64,000 bases of DNA from Cladosporium halotolerans (lineage: Eukaryota): assembly GCF_011745625.1 (NCBI RefSeq), contig NW_027191464.1:434001-498000 (forward strand). The letters are read 5' to 3'. How positions within the stretch are numbered: position 1 is the stretch's first letter; every line of letters begins with the position of its first letter. The notes under the pieces are model-generated. The model was not told where the DNA came from, did not search any database, and saw only the letters and a program-made list of their open reading frames with translations. This document shows, piece by piece, positions 48,894-60,149 of this stretch. The position numbers and the translations under genes were made by a program.

Positions 48894-51116
48894 ATGGCTT
48901 CATTCAATTCTCAACTGCTCGTGCTTGCTTTTGCAGTCCTCGTTTTGTTCTCCAATACGAGCATTGCTAAGCCCACCTTCACACCTGTCTTACCTCCATC
49001 ATACCCGTTGGCGGTCCGCAACCCTTACCTCTCTGGTGAGTCTCATCATTTACACAGGTCGGAGCATGTACTGACTTCTACTAGCTTGGCTACCTGGCAA
49101 TCAAGCCGCGAATCTTCCATCCGCAGTCGCACAATTCTGGAATGACCAGAAGCTCACCTGGTCCGTCATCGCTCGCATTGACGGCCAGGCATATAGCCTC
49201 TTCGGCGTCCCGCGCCCAAGCGATCGAATCAAGCCTGCTACCGTCATTTCTGCCGATCTCACCGCGACCCACACGACGTTCAAGCTCACTGCAAAGGATG
49301 TCGACTTTGTGTTGGACTTTTTCTCTCCTGTGTCGCCGCATGACTATGTTCGGCAGAGCATGCCATACAGCTACCTCACTGTGTCAACTTCAAGCGCAGC
49401 ATCTGGTTCGCCGAGCATTCAGGTTTACTCAGATATCGACAACGCATGGATCGGACAGTTTGGTACCTCTGCTCAGAATACTTATGGTTGGGAAGCGGTT
49501 GACCGCTTAACTCAAGTTTTTTCGATAACTCCTGAAGGAACTGCGAAGTTTTCCGAAGACAGAGACATGGCTCTCTGGGGCAGTGCGGTATATTGTACCA
49601 GAGAGAACGCTTCTAAACTTAGCCGTGGCGTCGGTATCGTCGACAATGTGCGCGAGTCTTTCGTGAGAAATGGCACGCCTGGTGATCTCGGAACCTTCAA
49701 AGCGGGTAGCGTGCTTGCTTTCAGTCACGACCTGGGATCTCTAGAGGGAACTGAGAATGTCACCTTCGTGATTGGCCATGTCAGGGACGAGGCGGTCAAT
49801 TATCTTGGAAAGGACCGATATGGCTACTTTCGCAGCGAGTGTAAAGACTTCAATTGCGGCTGCATGCATGCACTTGACGACTTTCACTCGGCAGACCAGG
49901 AGTCTCGCGGCTTGGATGATTTCATTGCCGCTTCTGATGTTGGCAGTGCAAACTATAGCAACATCCTTGCTTTGTCGACGAGGCAAGCGTTTGGCACAAT
50001 GGATCTCACAATCCCAGCAGAAACTTTGGACACCAAGGAAGTTCTCGCGTTTGTCAAGGAGATCTCAAGGTTTGTGTTTGTTCCTTCTCCAGAATCTGCT
50101 GGTATAAGTACTGACTCGGTGACAGCAACGGCAACACCAACACAATGGATGTCATCATGCCTATGGCACCAATACTCTACGTCCTAGCTCCGGATTATAT
50201 ACGTCTCGCATTGCAACCAGTCTTGTCATACCTCAACTCCGGCAGCTGGCCTCATGACTACACGATCCACGACATGGGCTCGCACTACCCAAACGCGACT
50301 GGACACAATGATGGAAAGGCCGAGGAGATGCCGATCGAAGAATGCGGTAATCTCCTCGCCCTCGTCTATATGTACGAGCTGGCGACCGGTGACACCGAGT
50401 ACAAAACGAAGTACCTCGACCTCCTTACAACATATGCAGAGTACCTGCTCAACCACGGCCTGTATCCTGCTGAACAGCTTTCCACTGACGATGGAGCGGG
50501 TCTCGCGCCTAATCAGACTGGTCTCGCGATCAAAGCCGCCATTGGTCTCAACGCATTCGGCGTCATGACGAACCAGCGCAAATACATCGACGCCGGCAAG
50601 CACTTCGCCGACACGCTGTACAGCAAGCGAGTCGGCACCGACCCCGAGCGCAGCCATTTCACCCTGATCGAGGGTGAGCACGACTCCTGGAGCACGCAGT
50701 TCAACCTGTACCTCGACGTCCTCCTCAAACTCAACACTTTCCCCACCTCCGCTTACAAAATGCAGACCGACTTCTACCCATCCGTCCGCCGCGACGCCGG
50801 GGTCCCGCTCGACAACAGAGACCTCTGGGCCAAGACGGATTGGATGATCTTCGCGGCTGCGGCGGCCATGGCGCCTGGTGTCGACAACGAAGGCGTCAGG
50901 GATATGTTTGTCAATGACGTTCACGCGTTCATGACGAATGGGAAGGTCGGGGTCCCGTTCAGCGACAAGTTCTGGGTCGATACGGGCGCGGACGGGAAGG
51001 GCGCTCGTCAGGAAGCCGGGCTTCATATTGGGTATAAGGCGAGGCCGGTCGTAGGTGGGCATTTTGCGCTGCTTGCGCTTGAGGGTCCGGATCAGGTCTT
51101 TGGGAAGAAGGGATGA
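48894..51116 (+). CDS. gtaA: Secreted glutaminase GtaA-family protein
   Basis: Signal peptide, PPSYPLAVRNPYLSAW, introns 49036-49084 and 50070-50125, and motifs KEISSNGN.NT.DV, HDMGSHYPNA.GH, MPIEECGN, QLSTDD and ARPVVGGHFA. Confidence 0.92.
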
Positions 51117-51376
51117 TTGGATCGCATCTTATGTGACCCGAAAGGGCATTGTAGTCTCGACGAGCGGGGCTCTATCGAGTGGCATCCACACGGCGCGGCA
51201 TGTGCCGAAGTTCTTGGGTTGATAGTGACTGTAGGCAGAAATTGAACACAATGAGTCTCGTGCAATATATTCGAGCAGCAAGGCAAGTTGGCCTCCCGAG
51301 TCACTGCTGGATCTCCTTTCTCGGCAGTCTATGACAAGGAGAGTGTCTGTCCCTCCTCTTTGATACAGCCGCGCGC

Positions 51377-53137
51377 TCAGCTCTCTTTGCTTACCAAAGC
51401 AATCGCACTCGCGTTCAACCCGGGCCACTTCTTGCGTCCCCACGCAAACCAACCAACTCCAGCGCAAAGCAGCAAAAACGCGTAGATCGGCAGCGCATAG
51501 TTCATGTTCGTTCCGTCTACCCCGTAGCTCGTCGGGAAGGGCAAGTAAATCGTGATGTAGATCGTCCAAACCAGTGCGTATATGCTGATCGGCACAGCAA
51601 ATGATTTGGGAAGCCTCCACTCGCCATAGTGTACCCTGGCCGTCGATGTATCCCCGAGCAGACCTGTTAGGCGAGCGTGGAGAAGACATGATATTGCTAT
51701 GATGTACGAAGAGTAAAGGCCTAGCGAGGACAATGACGTGAAAGCAGAGAATGCAGTCGCAGCCGTGGAGCCGATATTGAGAAGCGATAGGAGGGATACG
51801 ATCAGGATTGGAAGCCACAAAGCGCGTACAGGTACTTTGTGCTTAGGGTCGACTTTGGCAAAGTATTTCGGCAAGGCTCCGTCGCGAGCCCAGGCCCAGG
51901 TGATGCGGCCGACTGAGGCGAGGGAGGCGGCTACCACGCAGTAGGTGATTATCAGGAGGCCGAAGACGAGAGCGTTGGCGGCGTGCGTGCCGGCGATTGC
52001 CATGAAGATCGGGATGATGGGATAGCCAGACTCCAGGTAGGGAGTGACGTCTCCCATCTGGAACATGATGACCAGGGCCATGATGAAGGCGAGCGTGCCA
52101 TTTATCAGAATGGTGTATACCATTGCTCGAGGCACGGCGTGTCGGGCTCGACGAACTTCCTCTGACATGTGATTCACGCCGTCGAACCCGATAAAGCCCC
52201 ATGCCGGCACGAGCATACCAATGTTGAAAGCCACGAACTTGCCCCAACCTGAGTAAGAGGTGCTGTCCGTGAAGACGACGTCAGCGGTGTTGCCAGATCC
52301 TAAGCCTGCGAAGACACCGACAAAGATGAAGAATAAAAGTACATGGCATACACCGGAAGCCAGTTCGAGCCAGGGAACGATGCGGAAGGCGTAAGAGTTG
52401 ATGAGCCCTGTAGTAACCAGAATCGCGATCATGATAGGCGCAAGGTGCCAAGTTTGTTGTGCGTCGGCATAGCCTGGCATGTTCTCTGCGATGATGCCTT
52501 GCAAGCTAAATGCCAGGCTGGAGCTGCTGCCGCCGAGAGCAGAGACCCACGCAAACCATGTCACCCAGCCTTGAAACCATGTGATAACTCTCCTTGATTT
52601 CTCCGGAGCCAGCATATCTGTCCAGTGGTATTGGGCACCAGCAATGGGTAGGATGGAGCCGAGCTCTGCCATCGAAAGCGCCTGCGCCAGCGACCCTACG
52701 ACAACCAGCAAACAGCCCCAAACGAGCGCTCGAGAGCCACCGTTGTATAGCGAGGCACCCATGTTCCTGTCATCAAGAGTCAGCGACCACCTTCTGCTCC
52801 GAACGACTGCTACTCACATGGCAATGACCTCCCAGCTTGACATGAACGTAAGTGCAAATGCGAGAAGCTGAACGAAGCTGAAAAGGCGTCTGAGCCGACC
52901 TTGATTAGCAGCAACTTCTTCATCTTCATAAGCGATCTCCGACTCGCGGTAGGGGTTCTTTAAATGTTTCGGGTGCGATTGAAGCTTTCCCACGGTCACG
53001 GCTGCGCCGTCGCTTTTCTCTATCGCGCTGTCAGCGCTCACGTTGGCTGAATCGGTCTCGAGCGGCAGGCTCAGTAGGGGAATAGCGCTCTCAGTTTCAT
53101 TCACAAAAGAAGCATTGAAGTGGTGAGAATTGGGCAT
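51377..53137 (-). CDS. APC-superfamily amino acid/GABA/choline permease
   Basis: Intron 52767-52817, motifs L.NGG, SMAELGS..P.AG.QYHW, GFD...HMSEE and W..ARD..LP, and about 12 hydrophobic segments. The start codon is tentative. Confidence 0.9.
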
Positions 53138-54282
53138 TAAGGAGCCAAAGTTTTGCTCGAGCACTCCAAACGCAACTTATTTGCGGCTGAAGGAACAAGC
53201 GCCGCAGCCGGTAACTGACCGGTCTTCGAGCTGGTAGCGAGCGATAAGCTTGCATGGATCTAAACTGAAGGGAATGAATGCTGCGGGGTAGGCGTGGCGC
53301 AATTCGTTGTTTCAATGGTGCAGACCGGGTGCCGATCTATTGTCCATTACGGTTTGGTTGGCGAAACCATGTGCAAGCCAAAGAGCTAGATGGGGTTTCA
53401 CGACCGCGCCAGGATGGCACATCAGGCATCAGTGGACAAGATTCGCGGGACTTCACTCGACAAAACCTGTGATTGCATCTGCATTATTCACCGTAGGCGT
53501 TCGAGCAAACCCAGTGTGTCGTGCCATTTCTGCATCTTTCTGACTGCAATGACATTGCCAGAGACCTTTCTAGAAGGTAGATTTCCCTTCATAGTCGTTG
53601 TCATCCGTCTCAAAGATTTTTTCGAACACTGTCTCGATCTCTTGTGACGTCGCGGAGGCTTGTGATCATTTCGCAGTGTTGCAATGCAGAGAATGTCATT
53701 GATCTGTAGCTGCCATGTGCCTGACAAAGTCCCGGAAGCACTCACTTCATGCTCTCATCGCTTGTAGGCACGTAGAGGCTAGAGCAGTATTTTTGAGCCT
53801 TAGATCGTTGTTTATGTCCGCTCTTACAGCTCTTTAGGATTTAGTGCCGGTTCCAACACATTGGTGCTCTTGCGATGCCTGTCGATGACATATTTCGTGC
53901 TGCGCAATGCCATGGCATGTGTCACGCAAGCGAGTCGTACGGGGGATCCGAGCCGTGAGAATGGGAGATTATTGGAAGCTGCACAGGTTGCAAGATGTAG
54001 TAGCAAGACCCATCATTGTGACAAGCTTATGGGTTCGCAATGTATCGCATCAAGAGACGGAGGTATTGATCAAAGGTTTAAAGCAAGCCTTACTAGGAGG
54101 TCGCAGAATGGGGAGCGAATGCACTGCTTACAGCTCATGGTGGTCACAGGAGCCGCGAGGCGCTCACGCACCTACAACAATGCCCACAGTCGGGGACATT
54201 GACAGGCGAGCGACAGGATGCGCCGGGGTAACGTAACTCGGTCCCCTGGCGCCTCAGGCCCATAGAAGAGCGCAGACTTACC

Positions 54283-54290
54283 TATATATA
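54283..54290 (+). promoter_or_regulatory. TATA element upstream of the candidate Pol III ncRNA
   Basis: TATATATA about 30 nt upstream of the inferred start site near 54318-54320. Confidence 0.55.
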
Positions 54291-54317
54291 CGCGTGTCGT
54301 TCACTTTGGGTATCAGA

Positions 54318-54526
54318 ACATGAATAGTCGACTTTGGGTTCCGTGTCGAAGTGGGCAACGCGCGGGCTGGGTCTCACGGCCTTCGGCTTAAATTAGTGAT
54401 TGTTCTGCTACACCCCAGAAAGTAAAACCCTTGGCCAAGGTTTTCTTCCCTAACGCCGAATGCGGCGGCCAGGTTCTTTTGCTGGTGAGTTCGAATCCCG
54501 GAGTCTGCTATTCCATTTGTTTTTTT
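54318..54526 (+). ncRNA. Candidate structured RNA polymerase III transcript (~205 nt) of unknown family
   Basis: A-box-like TAGTCGACTTTGG (54325-54337), B box GTTCGAATCC (54489-54498) and T7 run (54520-54526). The 5' segment GAATAGTCGACTTTGGGTTC pairs with the 3' segment GAATCCCGGAGTCTGCTATTC. At least four internal hairpins are visible. Confidence 0.7.
54520..54526 (+). terminator. Oligo-dT Pol III terminator
   Basis: Seven consecutive T directly after the 3' arm of the terminal stem. Confidence 0.6.
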
Positions 54527-54836
54527 GTTAGGGGCAAGTCATGTCACGTGCAGCGGGCTTGCCATGCTTGCCATTTGGGGTTCGTAGCCGTCCTGATTCT
54601 GCACATCCTTCAGTTGGTCAACTCCCGTGAAAGATCGCTACGGGTGGGAAACTGTCATTTGCTGTCGCTCGTTAATTACATGCGTTATGGTGTGTATCTT
54701 ACGATTTTCATGTTGCGAAGCCTGGCTCATATTGCAACCTTGAAGTCCACCACACTCACAATGTCGACCAGTCTGCATTGTTGTACAATTGAGCTTCAGA
54801 ATAAGCCTCGTTCTTTGAAACTCTCTCAATGTCCAT

Positions 54837-55288
54837 CTATTCGTCATCCTTATTCCTCTTTCCAAACGCGTAGGCCAACCCGCCTCCGACGATGTTCGCG
54901 ACACACAAGCCGACGGTGGCGCCTCTAACAAGCCCTCTAGCACCAACCTTGCTGCCAAAGCCCTGCTTTCTCCTCCCAGCGAGGATAAGGTATGCCGCAC
55001 TCCAGGCGGATGTGAGGCCCGCGCTGTCTGTCTTGAAGCCGTTGACGTTTAGGTAGGAAGAGAAGAGGAGGATGGGCGGGAAGAGCATAGGTAGAGTCTG
55101 GAATGGGCGGGCGTGCTGTGCGAAGACGAGGGTTGCCAGGAGGGTCGCGGGTAGAGGGTTCTCTGTTGGACGTGGTTAGCTGGAGACGCTGAAGGTCAAT
55201 GTCAGTCGCACGTACCTCCCCAAGCTTTGGCATATTGCAGAACGCCTTTCTTCGCCTCCTCTTCGGGGGATTTTCCTGGCATTGGCAT
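54837..55288 (-). CDS. Aim19-like small mitochondrial membrane protein
   Basis: Exon 1 MPMPGKSPEEEAKKGVLQYAKAWG, intron 55163-55215, then ENPLPATLLATLV.AQH.RP...DSAGLTSAWS. Confidence 0.75.
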
Positions 55289-56087
55289 GATGGGCAATTG
55301 ATGCAGCACCGATTAGAATGCGATGCCGTCAAGAGGTTGGGATGTCGCGTGAGCAGCTACTTGCTGCAGACCGATTGCTATAGCCTACCTTAGCGCGCAA
55401 GCGCGTGAAGTGACGTTGTGAGGTCGTTCATTGTTGTGCCTCAGGCACACATCGACGGATTCGAAGAAAATCAACATTTCTTGATAGTGTATATAGCGAA
55501 GATTACCCAATGAAGACTTGCCCGTTGGAATATCAAATTACTTATTACTGGTCTTTTTCGATCTATCTTAGACAATCAAGAAGGCTCCGAGAGCTGTACA
55601 ATGTGGTGTTCTCGCAGTTCAAAATGCAACTGTCGATCTGTAGACTTGGTTCCATTTGCTGAGGAGATACCACAGCGATTGCGAATCAGAACATACGCAC
55701 ATCTTTCAATAATGCAGAGACAAGTGTAGTAGCACGAAAACATGATCCGTGTAGACAGCAGACAACGAAACACATGGAAGGTCAGATAAGACCACGCGGA
55801 TTGTCCCGTGGGGTTCTGGAAATGTGGCTGCTTCGAGCGTCCGGACTCCCGCGCGTGTGACAGCCCGCCAGGACCCTTCGTCAACTTGCGGAACGGCGGC
55901 GCATTATTACCATACCTACTCTTGCAATCACACCAACCTGCTAGCATTTACGGTACGCAGTCGCGCATTGGTCGCCCGCGCTCCACGACCAACCTGAAAC
56001 CCAGCCTCATTTTGCGCCCTTGCAGCGCGCCACGCAGCCAGCGCCTGACGACCGCCGCCTACGTCCCCCGCACACTCCGGGCCTGTC

Positions 56088-57238
56088 ATGGCCTCAAACC
56101 ACTCCCACAACGACGGATCCTCGACGCGCGCATATACCGTGGAGCAGAAAGCCGCCGTGCTGCGAGTGAAGAAATGTGGGAACACGGATTACTACGACAT
56201 CCTGGGACTGGAGGAGAAGAAGGCAGTCTGCACCGATGCGGAGATCAAGAAGGCGTACAGGAAACTGAGTTTGTTGACGCATCCCGATAAGAATGGCTAC
56301 ACTGGAGCGGACGAGGCTTTCAAGAGTATGTGACAGATTACCGCGCCGCTGGCACACCGACTGGGGAAAGGGATGCTAACACCATGGTGTAGAGGTCTCG
56401 AGAGCCTTCCAGATATTATCTGACCCGGACAAGAAATCGAAATACGATAAGTTTGGTGGTGATCCTGAATCACGATTCTCTGGTGCTTCTGCGTCAGGCG
56501 CGTCGCCTTTCTCTGGATTTGCGTCGCAGCGTGCGCCGCGAGGAGGACCGATGTTCGAGGAAGAGATCAGCCCCGAGGAGTTGTTCCGGCAATTCTTTGG
56601 TGGAGGCATGGGTGGAGGGCCGTTTGGTGGTGGACCGTTCGGCGGCTTCGGTGCGTATAACACATCAGAAAAGATGTTTTCGAAGGCTGACGATATGGAT
56701 AGGCGGCAACGGTTTCGTTTTCAACATGAACGGCGGCGGACCCGGAGTCAGGATACACCAGATGGGAGGCGGCGTACCACGAAGACGGCCGCACAACCAT
56801 GCCAACCAGGAGCCAGCATCTCCGCTCGCTGCTCTACAATCATTGCTGCCCTTGCTGCTACTCTTCATCGTCCCTCTGCTCTCTTCGCTTTTCTCTGGAT
56901 CAGCCCCGACCTACCCTTCAGTACGCTACGACAATCCCCTTCCGCCACAAACCCTACACCACGTCTCCTCTAAACTGAAGGTCGACTATTACGTGAATCC
57001 TGTGGAAATCAACGACTACACACCGAGCAAGTGGAAAAATCTGGACAAGTACGTCGAGCAGAGATACGTACAGCGCTTGAGTTCCGACTGCGAGTGGCAA
57101 ATGGCGCAACGGCAGAGAGCTTTCCAAGAGGCACAAGGTTTCTGGAGCAGAAACGAAGAAAAGTGGGAGCAAGCGACGAACATGGGGATGCCCGCTTGCA
57201 AGAAGCTGGAGGGCTGGGGTTACAGGATCGCGTATTAG
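56088..57238 (+). CDS. HLJ1: ER-membrane J-domain co-chaperone (Hlj1/DNAJB12 type)
   Basis: J domain DYYDILG...[17 protein letters not shown], introns 56326-56392 and 56651-56702, [14 protein letters not shown], one TM helix and a lumenal domain. Confidence 0.9.
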
Positions 57239-57688
57239 GCCGTTTTTGTTGAGCATGTTCAAGCGTTCTTGGTTGGGATTTTTGCATACGTGCGCGCATC
57301 GCACTCGAGCGAACTGATGACCTTTTTTGTACAGTGCAACAATTGCCATCTTTTAATCCTCTATTTCACTCATCGAGTATCACAAATGGCAATCTACGGA
57401 CCTGAAGTACAAACGACGGACGCCACATCATGGACAGTACAGATACGCTGATGGAGCACGAAAGGATAGTAAATGTTGCAAGATGAGGGTAATCATACAA
57501 AGGGGATATCTAACCAAAGTCGACAGAAACGCCATTACGAGATCTGCGCGATCATACATTACCCGAGAGTACCTTCGAGTAAGATGTGCGGTAAAGTGCA
57601 TCTTTTATTTCTCCTTCCGGGAGATGTTGCGGTACAACTAGGACATCTCGAGGAGTGCCCTCATCGCCGCACCGTCAAGACCAAATGC

Positions 57689-58792
57689 TTACGCAAGACC
57701 ACCGAGAGCGCTGGTGGCATCAGCGGACGACTCCTCAGCATCAGCGGGAGCGGCCTCATTCGTCTCCTCAGTGGGGTCAACCGGCTCCTTGGGTTCCTTG
57801 GGCTCCTCAGGGACGGCCTGGTCTTTGCTGCTCTCGTCCTCGCCGCCGAGGAGGGATCCAAGCTGGCGCTTGGTGAGGCCGCCGAGAGCGCTGGTGGCGT
57901 TGGCAGCGGAAGCTCCGTCAGTCTCGACAGTGGTGGTGTTGTCCTCGGTAGGGTCGACGGGCTCCTTAGGCTCCTTCGGCTCCTTGGGGATGACATCCTC
58001 TGCCTGGCGCTTCAGCAGGCCGCTGGTGGCGGAGTCATCTGCCGGCGCGGCTTCCGCATCCTTAGCTGGGGTCTCAGCGGGCGCAGTAGCGTTCTTCTTG
58101 TCGCCGCCTCCAAGTAGCGAGGGGACGTTTTCCAGGCCGAGCCCGCGCTTCACAAGACCGCTGCCCGCAGCGGCATCCTCAACAGGCGCGGCGGCATCAG
58201 TCGTAGGAGCGGTCGCGTTCTTGTCTTTGTCGCCACCAAGGAGACCCATCAGGCTGTCCAGCTGCCTCTTCGCAAGAGCGCTGGTCGCGCTGTCCTCCGC
58301 AGGGGCAGTCGCATTCTTCTCGTCCTTGCTACCACCGAGAAGACCCATCAGGCTGTCCAACTGCCTCTTCGCTAGAGCGCTGGTCACGCTATCCTCCGCA
58401 GGCGCAGTGGCATTCTTCTCGTCCTTGCTACCACCAAGAAGACTCATCAAACTGTCAAGCTGCCTCTTCTCAACGGCGTCGGTCGCAGGAGCGGTAGCAT
58501 TCTTCTCGTCCTTGCTGCCACCCAGAAGACTCATCAAGCTGTCCAGCTGTCTCTTCGCGAGGGCCTCTTCTGCAGGAGCAGTCGCGTTCTTCTTGTCCTT
58601 GTCGCCACCCAGAAGGCTTCCGATACCGCCCATGCCGCCCAGAGCACCGATCTGACGCTTGATCGCGCCAGCGCCAGCGCCTTTTGTAACGCTGGTGACT
58701 GTGTCGAGACCGGGCAACTCCTGGCGCGGCGCGACGGGCATAGCGACTGCCAGGCCGGCAGTGGTGACGGCAAGGAATGCGGAGAACTTCAT
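57689..58792 (-). CDS. Secreted Kex2-processed repeat protein (KEP), 367 aa
   Basis: Signal peptide MKFSAFLAVTTAGLAVA, eight KR sites separating repeated units QLDSLM(S/G)LLGG..DEKNATAP, and TATA-like TTATAA at 58971-58976. Confidence 0.88.
   Translation of the reverse strand: MKFSAFLAVTTAGLAVAMPVAPRQELPGLDTVTSVTKGAGAGAIKRQIGALGGMGGIGSLLGGDKDKKNATAPAEEALAKRQLDSLMSLLGGSKDEKNATAPATDAVEKRQLDSLMSLLGGSKDEKNATAPAEDSVTSALAKRQLDSLMGLLGGSKDEKNATAPAEDSATSALAKRQLDSLMGLLGGDKDKNATAPTTDAAAPVEDAAAGSGLVKRGLGLENVPSLLGGGDKKNATAPAETPAKDAEAAPADDSATSGLLKRQAEDVIPKEPKEPKEPVDPTEDNTTTVETDGASAANATSALGGLTKRQLGSLLGGEDESSKDQAVPEEPKEPKEPVDPTEETNEAAPADAEESSADATSALGGLA
58190..58620 (-). repeat. Imperfect tandem coding repeats (~87-120 nt units) inside the KEP gene
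   Basis: Recurrent + strand blocks such as ttcttctcgtccttgctaccacc..gaagac.catca..ctgtc.a.ctgcctcttc. Confidence 0.85.
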
Positions 58793-60149
58793 TTTGCGGG
58801 TTATGCGTTGATTTGCTGGAGGGAAAGAATGCTGTATGATCTGCTGTATTGCTCTGAACAACGACTGAGCCGGCTTCAACCACGAAAAGGAGCGTGAGGT
58901 GGGTAAGGAATGACAGACACGAATGGCAATGGAGTAGAGGAAACTCAAAGCAATCCCAGGAGCGTTACCCTTATAACTCCCTCCTCTTCTCTCCGAGAGT
59001 ACTCACCGAAGAACGCGTCACCAAAACATCTGCATCCAGCAATGAAGCGCATCATGGAGGCAAGGTTCGGCCAACTAGGGGAGGAGGTCCAAGACATGCG
59101 CGCATTGCGATCAACCGTTGCGCGACTGCGATTCTGCAAGGCCTGTGAATGACGGGAAGTTGCCGTTGAGGAGCGTGACAGAGTGAGCACGCTGTTCGCT
59201 GCTCACAGGAACGGGGGTCAATCGCAATCTTGCCTTGGGTGTGCTTAAAGGGGACAAGCAATGAGCGGCGAGCGCTAGAGGAAAGATGTCTCGGTTGCGT
59301 GGGAAGTCATTGGGCGTTGCGTGAGCGAATGTAGGTCGGACGTCGGAAATGCGTCGATGATAGACGTCGGGCGATGTTTAGGGGCTCGTCCCATGGTATA
59401 TCTGCGCTGCGTTATATATGAAGCTGAACGGTCGGCGCGCGCGATCGAGCTTAGTCACGCCACCTCTTAAAAGGATCACATCACAATACAAAGGGAGATC
59501 AGGGAGCCGTGCATCCTGGAGGCAAGGTTCAGATATTCTGTGAATGCTGTGCAGTCAGGCATTTGAGACTGGATGTCATGAAATGCTGGAAGTCGGTCGG
59601 TGGAGCGCCTTGAGAATCTGTTTTGGCAAGAAATTGTTTGTGGACCCGTCAATCCGATAGAATACAAGACAGCTCGTCATCTTTACCGCCATAGAAGCAT
59701 TTGTAGTCGCGTTCCAAATTCACGACGGTATGCATTTTGCGGTACCCTGAGATCATTGAATGGATGGTCATTGAGGGCGTCTCAAATACGGCCTCTGGCC
59801 TTGCGCCGAAAAACGACGTTGAGTGATATGCCATATTGGCATGCTACACAAATGAATGGATGAAGTCAATTATTGGAAGCCATGCGTTAGAGCGATAGGT
59901 AGTGTTATCATCACACAGAGATGGCGATGGGATGGACGAGCTCCGAGATCGCCGCGCTGCATGGCACTGGCAGCTTTCACCCCACCCACGTCACACTTCA
60001 AGATTTCAATCGCAGCATCACTTCGTCTGAACATCACACGATCTCTCGCACCAGCCGGGGAAGAAGACGTTTCATCGCAGTCTCTCTTGAGCAACTAACC
60101 CGGCGATCTCCAATTAGCATCTTGCGGCCGCACCCGCGCAATAGAAAAG

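Noticed and set aside
54275..54283. ACTTACCT resembling the U1 snRNA 5' end
   Set aside because: No U1 stem-loop I/II motifs (GATCA, ATTGCAC) follow it.
54448..54454. CCCTAAC inside the candidate ncRNA as a telomerase template
   Set aside because: Only 7 nt, too short for template plus alignment region. Known Pezizomycotina telomerase RNAs are much longer Pol II transcripts.
54480..54515. GTTCGAATCC read as a tRNA T-loop
   Set aside because: The flanks GTGAG and CCCGG do not form a T-stem, and there is no acceptor or anticodon arm. It is treated as the B box of a non-tRNA transcript.
57638..57692. GTAAGC overlapping the KEP stop codon as a possible intron donor extending the protein
   Set aside because: The branch site is weak, the extension is unlike the repeats, and SALGGLA* mirrors the previous unit's SALGGLT ending.
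57700..58660. Regularly spaced repeats as a CRISPR array
   Set aside because: The locus is eukaryotic, and the repeats are in-frame coding units with synonymous variation and no unique spacers.
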